The position numbers were made by a program, and so were the translations under genes. From a virus (Duplodnaviria; Caudoviricetes): a stretch of DNA of 54,710 nt. Position 1 is the stretch's first letter, and each line of letters starts with the position of its first letter. The DNA lies in IMG/VR virus record IMGVR_UViG_3300025117_000080, positions 1-54,710 of that record. One strand, written 5' to 3'. Below are positions 36,033 to 45,493 of this stretch, piece by piece. Under the pieces are notes generated by a model that did no database searches, was not told the DNA's origin, and saw nothing but the letters and a program-made list of their open reading frames with translations.

Positions 36033-36158
36033 GCCTCAATTGGTGTGCTTTCCCCGGCGTCAACCTGGGAGGAGGTAAGTTGAGCCGGGGAAAGCTGCCT
36101 TGCCTGCGGTAGGGGGCGCAGGCTTGACAATGGAAACCTTTTTGAATTATTGTTTGCG

Positions 36159-36287
36159 ATGGAACCTACACTTTTGATAGGCGTATTGTTGGCATACGCT
36201 GTATATTCGTATTTCGGTTTATTGGGTGTTGCTATGGTTTCGCTTGTCTGCTGCATCATCTTGGCTATTTCAAAGCTATTCCCTTGA
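36159..36287 (+). CDS. 42-aa hydrophobic membrane peptide (superinfection-exclusion candidate)
   Basis: Not in ORF track; MEPTLLIGVLLAYAVYSYFGLLGVAMVSLVCCIILAISKLFP; TTGACA (36124)-18 nt-TATTGT immediately upstream. Confidence 0.55.
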   Translation: MEPTLLIGVLLAYAVYSYFGLLGVAMVSLVCCIILAISKLFP

Positions 36288-39200
36288 GTTTTCAGCCGCA
36301 ACCGTACCGACTATCGCCGCCGCCCTTGAAACGCCTGTCTTGGCCTGCCGGTATGAATCGAGGTTTATGATTTTATCCTTCATCTGTGTGCTTAACTTAG
36401 CGGGCTGAATCTTTCCGCTTGCCGCCCTTATTAGGAAGTCAGCGTATTCAGGATCGAACATGGCTCTGGTTACGAGCTTATCGATTTCCTTTGTGCTGTG
36501 CTTCTTTAGGACCGCCGCAAGGCCCTTAACAACTGATGCCGTGCGTGACATATGGGTAAGTGTCGAAAGCCGCCCAAGGATGTTCTCTGCCGTATCTGAT
36601 CCGCCACCGATGGCGCTCCGTGTGTTCCTAGTTGAAATCTCATAGGCCCGTTGCATGGTTTTAAGGGCGTTGAGTTTTTCCGGCGTGCTCTTATATAAAA
36701 CGCTCATTGCCGGTTCGTACTTTTTCATTATTCTTGAGAAAGCCGCGTTTGATACCGTGGGATTGTTGGCAATATCCTTGGCGGTTGTTTCAACCGTTCG
36801 CATGACATGATCGGCAAAGGCGTTCTGGAGCCCTGCGGTAGCCGCTTTGTCACCTTTTACCATATTCATGAGGTCCATAGCCGCCTTGGTCGTATTGTTG
36901 CCTTTAATGGCGTTGGCTATAGCCTTATCAGCGTCCGCGTTCAGTATTCTTGAGGCTGCCGACTTTTCAAATTCTGCTGCTGACTTGGCTGCGCCGTCTG
37001 CAAGGGTTTGCGCCGTTTCCACGCCGCTGAAATCGAGGCCGTACTTTTCCAGGGATTGTTTATTTCTGTTGAGCCATGAGGTCAGTTTAGAAGTGACGAT
37101 ATCCCCGTTCTGGTCTGTCGCGGATTTCAATAGATCGTAGGCGTAATGGCCTTTCATGATTCCGCTGGCTTTTTCTTGGCCTACTGCCCTGATTAGATCC
37201 TCTGCGCCTGAAACCGTCGTGAATAGGCTTGGGATGTCTTCCGTTCTGGTGGCCGCCCCGGTAGCCTCCTTGCCTTTGGCGAGGGCCTTTCTGACCGCAC
37301 CCTTATCGAACTTTCCAAAGTATTCAGAAGAGGCGAAGTCGTTGAAAGCTTTCATGGAGCTGGCGACATCTTTTCCAGGTTCGACTGCGCTCAGAATTTC
37401 CCTCAGTTCCAAAATGCGCTTATCGGTTTCGCCGGCTGCGGCCGTGCCGGTGTTTTTCATGAGCGGATCTTTGCCAAAAACACTTTTATAGTCTTTGGAC
37501 AGTCTGGCCGCAAAGCTGGTTTCGTCTTCCCCGTATTGGCGCATCATGGTAAAGCCGTTTTTATCCTTGATGGCTTTTACCATGCCTTCGATATCTGGTA
37601 CTTGGGCGGCCTTGAGTTGGGCTGATCTTACCGTGGCCTTTTCAAGCTCATCGGCCAATACGTCAGTGTTGACGGGCTTCCCTTTGTATTCTCCGATCTT
37701 TCCGCTTCTGGCCATGCTTGATAATTCGGCAAGGTCTCTTTCGAGCGCGTCTCTTACGGCCGTAAGTGCTTCGCCAACTGACTTGTTACCGCCAGGGGCG
37801 AACGCTTTGGATATTTCGTCGTTCAGTGTTCGCCGGATGCCCATGGCTGTGAATGTGGTATTGCCTCGGTCGTCAAGAATCCTTTCGATCTTATTTTCTG
37901 TTTTGAATATTGCAGATACTTGGTCATCGGAAAGTTTCTTGTTTGCTCTGGCCTCGCTTATGGACTTGCGGACATTGCCGAAGGTCATGGGGTAATCAGG
38001 GATTGAGGACTCAAGCTGGTTCAATGTAGCTTGAACGGGCTTTTTGGCTGAACGGATAGCGTCAACGGCTTCTTCCCCTACCGCTTGGGGTGGGGCCGGT
38101 CCCATGTTATCGACCATCGGTCTGACCGCGCCTCTTTTGCTTGACGCATCCCTTTCAATTCTTGTCTTCTGAGTGTCGAGCGAACTGATTAAGTCGTCAA
38201 TGTTTCCTTGGCCGGCAAAGTGCTTGTCATAGTGCGCCCGTAGCGCTTCGTTGTTGGCTGCAATCTGTTCGGCGTTCTGCGTTGCAGCGTCGGTCGCTCT
38301 GATTTGTGATCGCTCAAGCTTGACCATGGCAGGATCGCCGGTTCTCTGCCCAAGGGTGAATTTCAAGCCGGGGATTTCTTTTTCGATCCTGGCGGCTTCT
38401 TCAGCGTTTCGAGCGTAAATTGTTCCTTCGGATGTGTTGGCCCTGAGAATGTTACCGGCTTGTTTTTCAAACTCTTTTTTGGAGACAAGACCGGACAGGC
38501 CGCCCGTTGCCTTCTTAAAGATCACCTTGCCGCCTCGGAATACCGGGACCAGGGCCGCGCCTATTGCCGCGCCTCCAACCTCAAGGGCTGCGCCTGTCGC
38601 AAAATCCTTTCCGGCTTCGGTGAAAGATTCGGCAGGGCTTGAATATTCCTTTTTAACTCCTGCGTACATATCAAGGGCATCTGCAAGACCCTTTCCGGCG
38701 ACGTATCCGGCCGCGCCTGTTGCGACAGCGCCAGGCCCGCTGGGGGCTCCAACCATTGCGCCAAGTGCTGCCCCTGTGCCTTCGAGCACTGGCCTGTAAA
38801 GCGGGGATGTGGCCTTGAGTCCCTTTTTCGTTGCGTCTTCGAGTTGCGCCGTGTCCTCAAGTCCTATTCCGGCGTAGTTTTCGAGGTCTGCGGGGTTTAG
38901 GTCCGGTTCGGTCTGTTTTGCTGCCCTTAGATTTTTGTTGACCCATTCCTCTTGTTCTTTGGTGAAGTTTTTAGCACTTGGATCGCCTGACAATATCCTT
39001 GCCGCTATGGTTTCTTTAATGTCTTGATCGTTGTCGCTGTAGCCCTTAAATGATTCAAGTTGTTCAGGCGTTACTGAAAAATCGGGCCGAGGGCCACCGT
39101 TCCGCATGTAGGCACGCGCACGCTCATTAAGGGCTACCGCTTGCTTTTCTGGATAGGATAGCTTGCTGTACGGGTTTAGAATAAAAGCGCCGTCTTCGGT

Positions 39201-39530
39201 CGCCATGCCGCCTACGTCTGGTTTTGTTTTGAAATATTCAAGTTCCGAATCGTATGGCTTTCTTTCCTTGATGCCTGAGAGCGGATCGCCCTGCTGTGGC
39301 TGCTGGGGCTGCTGGGGTTGCCCTGGCATGTCAGGTTGCACGGCAGGGGCTTCAATAGCAGGCTGCGCTCCATATTTATTCCTGATTCCAGCAACAGCCG
39401 AAGCCCGTTCGGTTTCAGGCAACGCCGCAAATTCAGGATCGATTTTCATCAACACCTTGGCCATTTCAGCTTCAGGCAGGGCGTGAAATTCAGGGTCTTT
39501 GACAACTTCAAAAACTGATGGATAAGCCAT
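36276..39530 (-). CDS. Large ejection/DNA-transfer protein (P22 gp16 position)
   Basis: 1084 aa helical, glycine-zipper segment, last of three internal virion genes. Confidence 0.72.
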   Translation of the reverse strand: MAYPSVFEVVKDPEFHALPEAEMAKVLMKIDPEFAALPETERASAVAGIRNKYGAQPAIEAPAVQPDMPGQPQQPQQPQQGDPLSGIKERKPYDSELEYFKTKPDVGGMATEDGAFILNPYSKLSYPEKQAVALNERARAYMRNGGPRPDFSVTPEQLESFKGYSDNDQDIKETIAARILSGDPSAKNFTKEQEEWVNKNLRAAKQTEPDLNPADLENYAGIGLEDTAQLEDATKKGLKATSPLYRPVLEGTGAALGAMVGAPSGPGAVATGAAGYVAGKGLADALDMYAGVKKEYSSPAESFTEAGKDFATGAALEVGGAAIGAALVPVFRGGKVIFKKATGGLSGLVSKKEFEKQAGNILRANTSEGTIYARNAEEAARIEKEIPGLKFTLGQRTGDPAMVKLERSQIRATDAATQNAEQIAANNEALRAHYDKHFAGQGNIDDLISSLDTQKTRIERDASSKRGAVRPMVDNMGPAPPQAVGEEAVDAIRSAKKPVQATLNQLESSIPDYPMTFGNVRKSISEARANKKLSDDQVSAIFKTENKIERILDDRGNTTFTAMGIRRTLNDEISKAFAPGGNKSVGEALTAVRDALERDLAELSSMARSGKIGEYKGKPVNTDVLADELEKATVRSAQLKAAQVPDIEGMVKAIKDKNGFTMMRQYGEDETSFAARLSKDYKSVFGKDPLMKNTGTAAAGETDKRILELREILSAVEPGKDVASSMKAFNDFASSEYFGKFDKGAVRKALAKGKEATGAATRTEDIPSLFTTVSGAEDLIRAVGQEKASGIMKGHYAYDLLKSATDQNGDIVTSKLTSWLNRNKQSLEKYGLDFSGVETAQTLADGAAKSAAEFEKSAASRILNADADKAIANAIKGNNTTKAAMDLMNMVKGDKAATAGLQNAFADHVMRTVETTAKDIANNPTVSNAAFSRIMKKYEPAMSVLYKSTPEKLNALKTMQRAYEISTRNTRSAIGGGSDTAENILGRLSTLTHMSRTASVVKGLAAVLKKHSTKEIDKLVTRAMFDPEYADFLIRAASGKIQPAKLSTQMKDKIINLDSYRQAKTGVSRAAAIVGTVAAENSRE

Positions 39531-40742
39531 TTACTTGTCCTCGAATTTTTGGAGGTACTTCCCAGCGTCGCCGGGTTTGGCGTTGTATTTTTCGCCGCCC
39601 TTTGCCCCGCCCAATCGGACTATGTTTTCGGGAGCGTATCCGTATCGGTTTGAAAGGTCTGTGTAATAATCAACCTGCGAGTCGTAAACATCCTTTGAAA
39701 CCAAGAAGAAGTTTTTCGCCATGGTTGCGATAGCGTCACGGTCTTCTTGGGTTAGGCCAGCGCCACCTGTTCTAATCTTTTCGATCTTACCCTTGATGCG
39801 GTTTAGCACCGCAAGATCCCCGGGGGTTCTTGCGTATTCTGACTCCCTGACTACGGACGATGGGTCAAGCATCTTGTTCAGGATTGTGATAAGGGCTTGG
39901 TCTACGGCAACCAAGTTACCGCCTTTTGTAAATTTCAGGCCGGGGCGTTCCTTTTCGATCCGTGCGGCTTCTTCAGCGTTGCGAGCGTAGATAGTCCCTT
40001 CTGACGTATTGGCCTTAAGCTGTGTCTCTCCCATGGCCTTCTCAAGCCGTTTGAACTGAGAATCTATTTCAATGAAGTTTTTAACCTCTGGTGCTGCCGA
40101 GAACTCTTTTCTAAGCGACATTTCATCGCTTACCCTGCGGCGGTCGCCCATGACTACCACGTTGGGCGATTGGCCCTTGGGCTTGGTTTCTCTTGATCCA
40201 TCGGCGTAGATGTATTCAACAGAATTGCCAAGGTCAACGGTTCGCTCTATATTCTTGCCTTGCTTCTGCTGGCCCCGCGCAACCTCCCGGTTATTAGCGT
40301 CGAACCTGACGTCATTCTCTTTGAGGGTGTAGCCTTCACCTGCAACCTGTTGGCGAAGCGCGTTGAGTTGCATGCGGCCCTGCTCTATGGCCTGCGGGTC
40401 GAACCGCACAGGGGTTCTTTGAATGATCGTCTGGAAAAACTTATTTTGGCCAAGAGGGGTCTGTCCAAGCTGCTGAAGGAATCCCCGATAGGCTTGATGG
40501 CTTTGCTCGTCCTTGACTGATTCAAGGGCTCGCCCGATGGTTTCGGCCTGAATCCCGATAAGCTTGATCTCGTTGGCTTGATCGGCCTGCCCCATTTGTT
40601 TATCCTCCTGGGCCATGCGCCGATCATAAAGCGCGTTCTGCCGGTCGATTTGCTGCTGGCGTTGCCGGAAGTCTGCCGCATTTGAAAGCGCCTGCTGCCC
40701 CTGATAAAAGCCGCCCCAAGGATTTACAAAGCCGTCTGCCAT
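39531..40742 (-). CDS. Ejection/DNA-transfer protein (gp20 position)
   Basis: Q-rich N-terminus; KMLDPSSVVRESEY motif. Confidence 0.7.
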   Translation of the reverse strand: MADGFVNPWGGFYQGQQALSNAADFRQRQQQIDRQNALYDRRMAQEDKQMGQADQANEIKLIGIQAETIGRALESVKDEQSHQAYRGFLQQLGQTPLGQNKFFQTIIQRTPVRFDPQAIEQGRMQLNALRQQVAGEGYTLKENDVRFDANNREVARGQQKQGKNIERTVDLGNSVEYIYADGSRETKPKGQSPNVVVMGDRRRVSDEMSLRKEFSAAPEVKNFIEIDSQFKRLEKAMGETQLKANTSEGTIYARNAEEAARIEKERPGLKFTKGGNLVAVDQALITILNKMLDPSSVVRESEYARTPGDLAVLNRIKGKIEKIRTGGAGLTQEDRDAIATMAKNFFLVSKDVYDSQVDYYTDLSNRYGYAPENIVRLGGAKGGEKYNAKPGDAGKYLQKFEDK

Positions 40743-40746
40743 GGTC

Positions 40747-41739
40747 TTACCCTTTCAGTTTTTCTCCGTCAAGCCAGCCCTTCATAATGCCCTCATTGAT
40801 GATATTGGCCGTTACGATATTTTCTACCGCTCCGGTTTTGGCCTTGTAGAAGGGCGGGCAAGCAATATCAAAAAGATCCACATTGTAAACATCGTACCAA
40901 CTGACCAGCATGTAGTATATGCCACCGAGCTGCATGTTGAAAAAGCTTGTCTTGTTGGGTCGCCACCAGATAGGCTCGGCGCCGTGCTTTTTCATCCGGT
41001 TGACCATATCTGAAACGAATATCTTCTTGAGCGGCTTTTGTTCGGCCCAAAGGTTCGTCGCAGCCTTGATCCTTACCGCTTCGATGGCGTCTTTGTTGGC
41101 TTCGCAGTATGAAAGGATGCCGTCAATCTGGTCAAGATCGTCGATCACGAATAGGACCGACTCAAGTTTCAAGCCGCGTTGCCTGAAGGCTTCTACCGTT
41201 GCGTAGTCCGCGCCGTTTGATTCTTGATGCATGGACAGATTGATTGATACCGTGTTACCTACGGAAAGCATGGGGATCAGGGCGTCTAAGGTTTTCGCGT
41301 CAAGCCCGGTTCCGTTGGTCAAAAGTTCTACGGGGGCTATGTCTTTGACGGCCTTAACGATACCAACCAAGTCTTTTCTCAGTGTCGGTTCGCCACCCGT
41401 CAAGATGATAGGTGCCATTGGTGCATGAACTACGGCTTCTGATAGGATCGAATCTACTGAGCGGTCTTTGCTCGTCTGCTCAACTTCGTAGTAGCAATAC
41501 TTGCATTTTAGGTTGCATCGCTTTGTTACATCGAGAAAATAGCCTGGATAGAAAAAAGGTGCCCTTGCGTTTAGGCATTGGAGATAGAAACCAACATCGC
41601 CCTCTACCGATTCTGTAAAGTGGCCGTGTATGTCGCATCTCTTTTCCATAACCACAATACCGTTTAAAATCCCAACCTCTGCCGGTATCCGCTTGTAACA
41701 CTCAGGACAAAAAGAAACCGTCTTTCTAATTACCTGCAT
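40747..41739 (-). CDS. Radical SAM enzyme with Tes/MJ0619-like N-terminal metal-binding domain
   Basis: TVSFCPECYKRIPA...KRCDIHG; CNLKCKYC; TGGEPT; TNG. Confidence 0.85.
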   Translation of the reverse strand: MQVIRKTVSFCPECYKRIPAEVGILNGIVVMEKRCDIHGHFTESVEGDVGFYLQCLNARAPFFYPGYFLDVTKRCNLKCKYCYYEVEQTSKDRSVDSILSEAVVHAPMAPIILTGGEPTLRKDLVGIVKAVKDIAPVELLTNGTGLDAKTLDALIPMLSVGNTVSINLSMHQESNGADYATVEAFRQRGLKLESVLFVIDDLDQIDGILSYCEANKDAIEAVRIKAATNLWAEQKPLKKIFVSDMVNRMKKHGAEPIWWRPNKTSFFNMQLGGIYYMLVSWYDVYNVDLFDIACPPFYKAKTGAVENIVTANIINEGIMKGWLDGEKLKG

Positions 41740-42209
41740 TCTCCCCCCTTGATGAAAAACTGCTCAAAATGTTCAAACCCTCGCTTCTTATACAGCCTGT
41801 CAACCCCCTCCTTGATAGGCGTATTGATTGATATCATTACTACCTTATTTGCGCCTTTTTTGAAAGACTCCTTTTCGAATCTGTCTATCAGTCTGATGCT
41901 GTTCATGCCTCGGTATTCTTCATCTACCCAATAGAAAAGCTCCACCATGATCTTTATAGCGCGGTTGTATCCCCACGTGCTGAGTCTTCCAGCGATACCG
42001 CCCCTGACTTTGCCGCAAGGATCATCTTTCAACAAAAGGACCAACCCTGCTTCGTCAAGAATATAGTTGGACAAAACCATTTGCTTGAAGTCTTCGCGGT
42101 TCAGCGGCATTCCCTGAGATTCATAATCAGCGTATCGGAAAAACCTTTCGGCGCAATCCGCTATGCCTTCGATGTCAAATCTTGTGGCTGGAACAATTAT
42201 CATCCCCAA
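41730..42209 (-). CDS. GNAT acetyltransferase
   Basis: ELFYWVDEEYRG...LYKKRGF. Confidence 0.82.
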   Translation of the reverse strand: MGMIIVPATRFDIEGIADCAERFFRYADYESQGMPLNREDFKQMVLSNYILDEAGLVLLLKDDPCGKVRGGIAGRLSTWGYNRAIKIMVELFYWVDEEYRGMNSIRLIDRFEKESFKKGANKVVMISINTPIKEGVDRLYKKRGFEHFEQFFIKGGECR

Positions 42210-43801
42210 GCCCCCGGGGTGTATCCGCCCGACACGCCCTGGCCCATGCCGCCCATAAAACTTCCTCCACCGTACCCGGTTGACCCTCCATAGAAGCCTC
42301 CGGTGTTACCGCCGTAGTATGAGCCGTAATTCTGAGGGGCGAACTGCATGTAGTTTGCAGCCATGTTGCCGCTAACACCGCCGAGACCTGACCAGAGCGC
42401 CGCATTTGCTTGGCCGGCTTGCATCGCGGCATTTGCTTGGGCGTTTCCGGCATAGAGGGCGTTCTGTCCCATCTGCTGTCCGGTCGTCATTGAGTTTTGG
42501 CCGGCCGCTCCTGCGGCCCCTGTCCCGATCTTTGAAAGGTCAAGATTCTGGTTGTAGACCTGCCCATAAAGAGCATTGCCCAGCCCATACGCTGCACCGA
42601 GCCGACTGAGTGCCGTGTCCTGATTCCCCTGTAACCCACTATAAAGAGAGTTCTGCTGATTCAAAAGACGATTGTAGAGCGTATCGCCTCTTTGGGCCTG
42701 CATCTGATATTCGCTCATGGCCTTTTGGGTCATGTAGTCGCGCTCGGCTACTTGGCGGGCATACTGCTTATCGATGTCTTCAGCCGCAACACCCATAGCC
42801 GTATCCGAAAGAGTGTTGACTCCTGCGCGACTGTCGAGCAACCCCTGTTTGGCCAAAGATGCTCTTGCGGCGTCCTGGGCCTGCTTCAGTTTGTATTGAT
42901 AGATAGGATCAGACTCGTTCCAGTTGAAATCAACTCTACCTTCAAGCGTCGGCGTCAGCGGCGATAACACGCCACCTTGGGTCAGGCTTGAGTTTTGCGT
43001 GGGGGTGTAATTGGCGCCACTCATGGAGTTAACATTCAAGGCATTCGGGCTCGCGCTGGCCGTGAGCACGTTTTGCATCGTCGTGTTGTTTGCGGTTCTC
43101 GCGTCTGCCGATAGCTTTTCCTTAACTGCCGTATCCCATTTGAGCCGATTTGCTGCCTGCTCGTCGGTTGTTTTCTGCTGAGTGGTTGCTTGAGTAGGGT
43201 TTCCCTGCAAGTAATGCAATATGGCGTTGTTTATGCTGGCCTGGTTTCCGCCGGTGTTGCTTCCAACGTCGTTTGTAAATGCATTCTGCTGCATCTGGAT
43301 CTGTGATTGAAGGTTCGCAAGTGACGTATTGGTAGGCGTTGGAGAGGACGCCTGTTTGTAAAATTGGTTTTGAGTCGTTGCGCGTGGAGTTGTTGCCTGC
43401 GCCTGATAGTAGCTCGGAACCTGGTAGGTGCCTTTATTGACAGAGTAGAGCGCGTTAGAATCTCCCGGCGTGTAATCTCCACCGATCTGGCCAGTTACAG
43501 GGTCAACCGTAAAAGCCCGGGGGTCGTACTGCGCCACTCCAAGACCCTGCATATAGTTGTTATATGCAGGCATGACGGTTTCCTGAAGGTACTTGGGCAT
43601 TTGTGTTTGAAGGCTCGAAATGCCCTGATACCCTGCGTCAAGATAGGGCGCCCAATCTTTTTGAGACTGTTCCCACATCTTCAACATAGCGTCGGTTGAG
43701 ATCTGCGCGGCCTGCACTTGTGCATTGGCCCCTGTTTTTGCGGCATCTTTTTGCGCATCGCTTCCAACTATCGCCCCAACAACACCGGATACAGCACTCA
43801 T
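42200..43801 (-). CDS. Pilot/DNA-transfer protein (P22 gp7-like)
   Basis: GAIVGSDAQKDAAK..A, PYLDAG, DPIYQY...ASLAKQGLLDS; Q/N/G-rich. Confidence 0.75.
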   Translation of the reverse strand: MSAVSGVVGAIVGSDAQKDAAKTGANAQVQAAQISTDAMLKMWEQSQKDWAPYLDAGYQGISSLQTQMPKYLQETVMPAYNNYMQGLGVAQYDPRAFTVDPVTGQIGGDYTPGDSNALYSVNKGTYQVPSYYQAQATTPRATTQNQFYKQASSPTPTNTSLANLQSQIQMQQNAFTNDVGSNTGGNQASINNAILHYLQGNPTQATTQQKTTDEQAANRLKWDTAVKEKLSADARTANNTTMQNVLTASASPNALNVNSMSGANYTPTQNSSLTQGGVLSPLTPTLEGRVDFNWNESDPIYQYKLKQAQDAARASLAKQGLLDSRAGVNTLSDTAMGVAAEDIDKQYARQVAERDYMTQKAMSEYQMQAQRGDTLYNRLLNQQNSLYSGLQGNQDTALSRLGAAYGLGNALYGQVYNQNLDLSKIGTGAAGAAGQNSMTTGQQMGQNALYAGNAQANAAMQAGQANAALWSGLGGVSGNMAANYMQFAPQNYGSYYGGNTGGFYGGSTGYGGGSFMGGMGQGVSGGYTPGAWG

Positions 43802-43810
43802 CTTTTTACC

Positions 43811-44005
43811 TCATTTAGTCGTAAGACCCCTGATTATGGCCAATAAAGCGTTGTAATCAGCAACAATTCCTGCGACATCAACGGCTGTGCTGTCAGCCGG
43901 GCAGTTGCCTATGAGCTTGTTCCATAGGGCGGCGTTTTGTTTAGAATATTCCCTTCGGCCTTGTTCTGTGTCGGCGTTGGGAGATAGTACCTTTTTCTCT
44001 GCCAT
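43811..44005 (-). CDS. Small virion protein with head-fibre-like motif
   Basis: ADSTAVDVAGIVADYNALLA; follows gp10-like gene. Confidence 0.6.
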   Translation of the reverse strand: MAEKKVLSPNADTEQGRREYSKQNAALWNKLIGNCPADSTAVDVAGIVADYNALLAIIRGLTTK

Positions 44006-45426
44006 TATGCGCCCCTCATGTCTTCTTGGATGCTTACCAGGATTATGGGCGAATCATCGGTTATTGCCCATTCGTATTGACGGGTGTAGTATTGCCCGCA
44101 AGGCCCGATCCTCTTTCGGTAGTCGGTTGAGCCTGTCGCTCCGAGCGTGATCGTTCTTTCGGTTTTCCAGCTCGTTCCTGGGTTATCGCGCCATTTGAAG
44201 GTCAATGTGGCTATGTCTGCCGCTAATTGGTTGGAATCCCTTTTGCAGTAAAACATATACCGAAGGGCGGTCTTTCTGATGTCCGGTGCTCCGTGGTGGA
44301 TCATGGGAGTCCTGCCCATGCTTCGCATGATCTGGCCGTCATCTTGGTAGGTCGATGAGTCGAGTTTAAAGACCTTCCCAGAGGACCGATCCCCGGCAAG
44401 CGAAAGGTTCCACTTGGTTGCAAGACAAAAGTGCTGCCCCTTGAATCGGTTGTATAGTGCGGTCCCTGTGTTCCATGAACCGAGTTCAAACCAATAAGCC
44501 CCGTTCAAGTCCAGACACAAGGTTTTGTCCTCGGTCGGAAAACTCAGAATATACTGCGGTCTGCCGTCAAAGTATGCTATCCCCCCGATAGCGTCAGATA
44601 CCGATGCGAACCCCTGGATGTACTTGTTTGCGGTCAGTGCTATGGGCTCAACGCTTCGCCCGCCGCTGGACATGGCTACGATTTGTCTTTGGTGGTCGAG
44701 CCATAACCACACACCCCTTCCGCTGAAAAAAACAGCTGAATGGGGAGCTGAGATCCCGCTTTCAACGGTGTATTGAGACTCTTTGACGAACGGGGTTACG
44801 CCGTCGTTTCTATGCCCTTCAGTCGAGACTTTTCCGAAAAGCTCTATCTTATCCTGAGCAACACCGAGCGCAGATAAAAGATCAGGATAGGTCGAGGCCG
44901 ATGCCCAATGCGATTGCCAATCTTCCGGGGCGTCCACTTGTGCCCACCAATATCTTTCTGATCCGGATTCGAGAGCCAAGAGATATTTATCGAGAACGGC
45001 GACATGGGAAACCGTCGTAGGGGCGTCGGCGTCCGCGATATATTCGGTGGTTCCAGAGGATTTAATTTCAACTATCCGGCCACCATTTGCGGCGTAAAGC
45101 GAGGTTCCGAAGTCTGCAAAGTAGACTTTTTCGCCAACTTCGAAAGTATCCCCGGTAACATCTGAGAAAGCGCCGTTCTGGTCCGTGATTTTGTAGCAAT
45201 TTCCGTTACTGATTGCGATTACGCATTCCTGGCGGTCCCACCAATAAAGACCGTCGATCCCCGCCCCTGAAAGCGTATCTACCCACGCCAAAAGACCGGG
45301 CCGGCGTACCACATTGCCGTTGGAGTCAAGGAAGGCATCGACCAGGGCCGCGCCGTGAGTGGTCAGGCCTATTTCATCGATGTCTTTGTTTGCGCCTATA
45401 TTTATTGGGAGTGCCTTGATTGTCAT
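44005..45426 (-). CDS. Packaged DNA stabilisation protein (P22 gp10-like)
   Basis: RRPGLL N-terminus, beta-propeller pattern, YILSFPT, C-terminal R.YEWAITD. Confidence 0.8.
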   Translation of the reverse strand: MTIKALPINIGANKDIDEIGLTTHGAALVDAFLDSNGNVVRRPGLLAWVDTLSGAGIDGLYWWDRQECVIAISNGNCYKITDQNGAFSDVTGDTFEVGEKVYFADFGTSLYAANGGRIVEIKSSGTTEYIADADAPTTVSHVAVLDKYLLALESGSERYWWAQVDAPEDWQSHWASASTYPDLLSALGVAQDKIELFGKVSTEGHRNDGVTPFVKESQYTVESGISAPHSAVFFSGRGVWLWLDHQRQIVAMSSGGRSVEPIALTANKYIQGFASVSDAIGGIAYFDGRPQYILSFPTEDKTLCLDLNGAYWFELGSWNTGTALYNRFKGQHFCLATKWNLSLAGDRSSGKVFKLDSSTYQDDGQIMRSMGRTPMIHHGAPDIRKTALRYMFYCKRDSNQLAADIATLTFKWRDNPGTSWKTERTITLGATGSTDYRKRIGPCGQYYTRQYEWAITDDSPIILVSIQEDMRGA

Positions 45427-45435
45427 TTTTTTACC

Positions 45436-45472
45436 TTGACACGTATGCCTGATGTATGCCTATCGTATGCCT
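45436..45472 (+). promoter_or_regulatory. Promoter with three 11-bp-period operator repeats
   Basis: TTGACA 45436-45441; GTATGCCT at 45443, 45454 and 45465. Confidence 0.7.
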
Positions 45473-45493
45473 AACACAAACAGGAGGAACACC

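Noticed and set aside
36029-36301. 90-aa minus-strand ORF
   Set aside because: Overlaps the plus-strand membrane peptide, its promoter and hairpins; no RBS or motif
38355-40013. Duplicated segments as a diversity-generating retroelement TR/VR pair
   Set aside because: No reverse transcriptase; differences are synonymous and not adenine-specific
40747-41739. Calling this a true tetraether lipid synthase
   Set aside because: Lacks the auxiliary cluster motif and is much shorter; only family resemblance is supported
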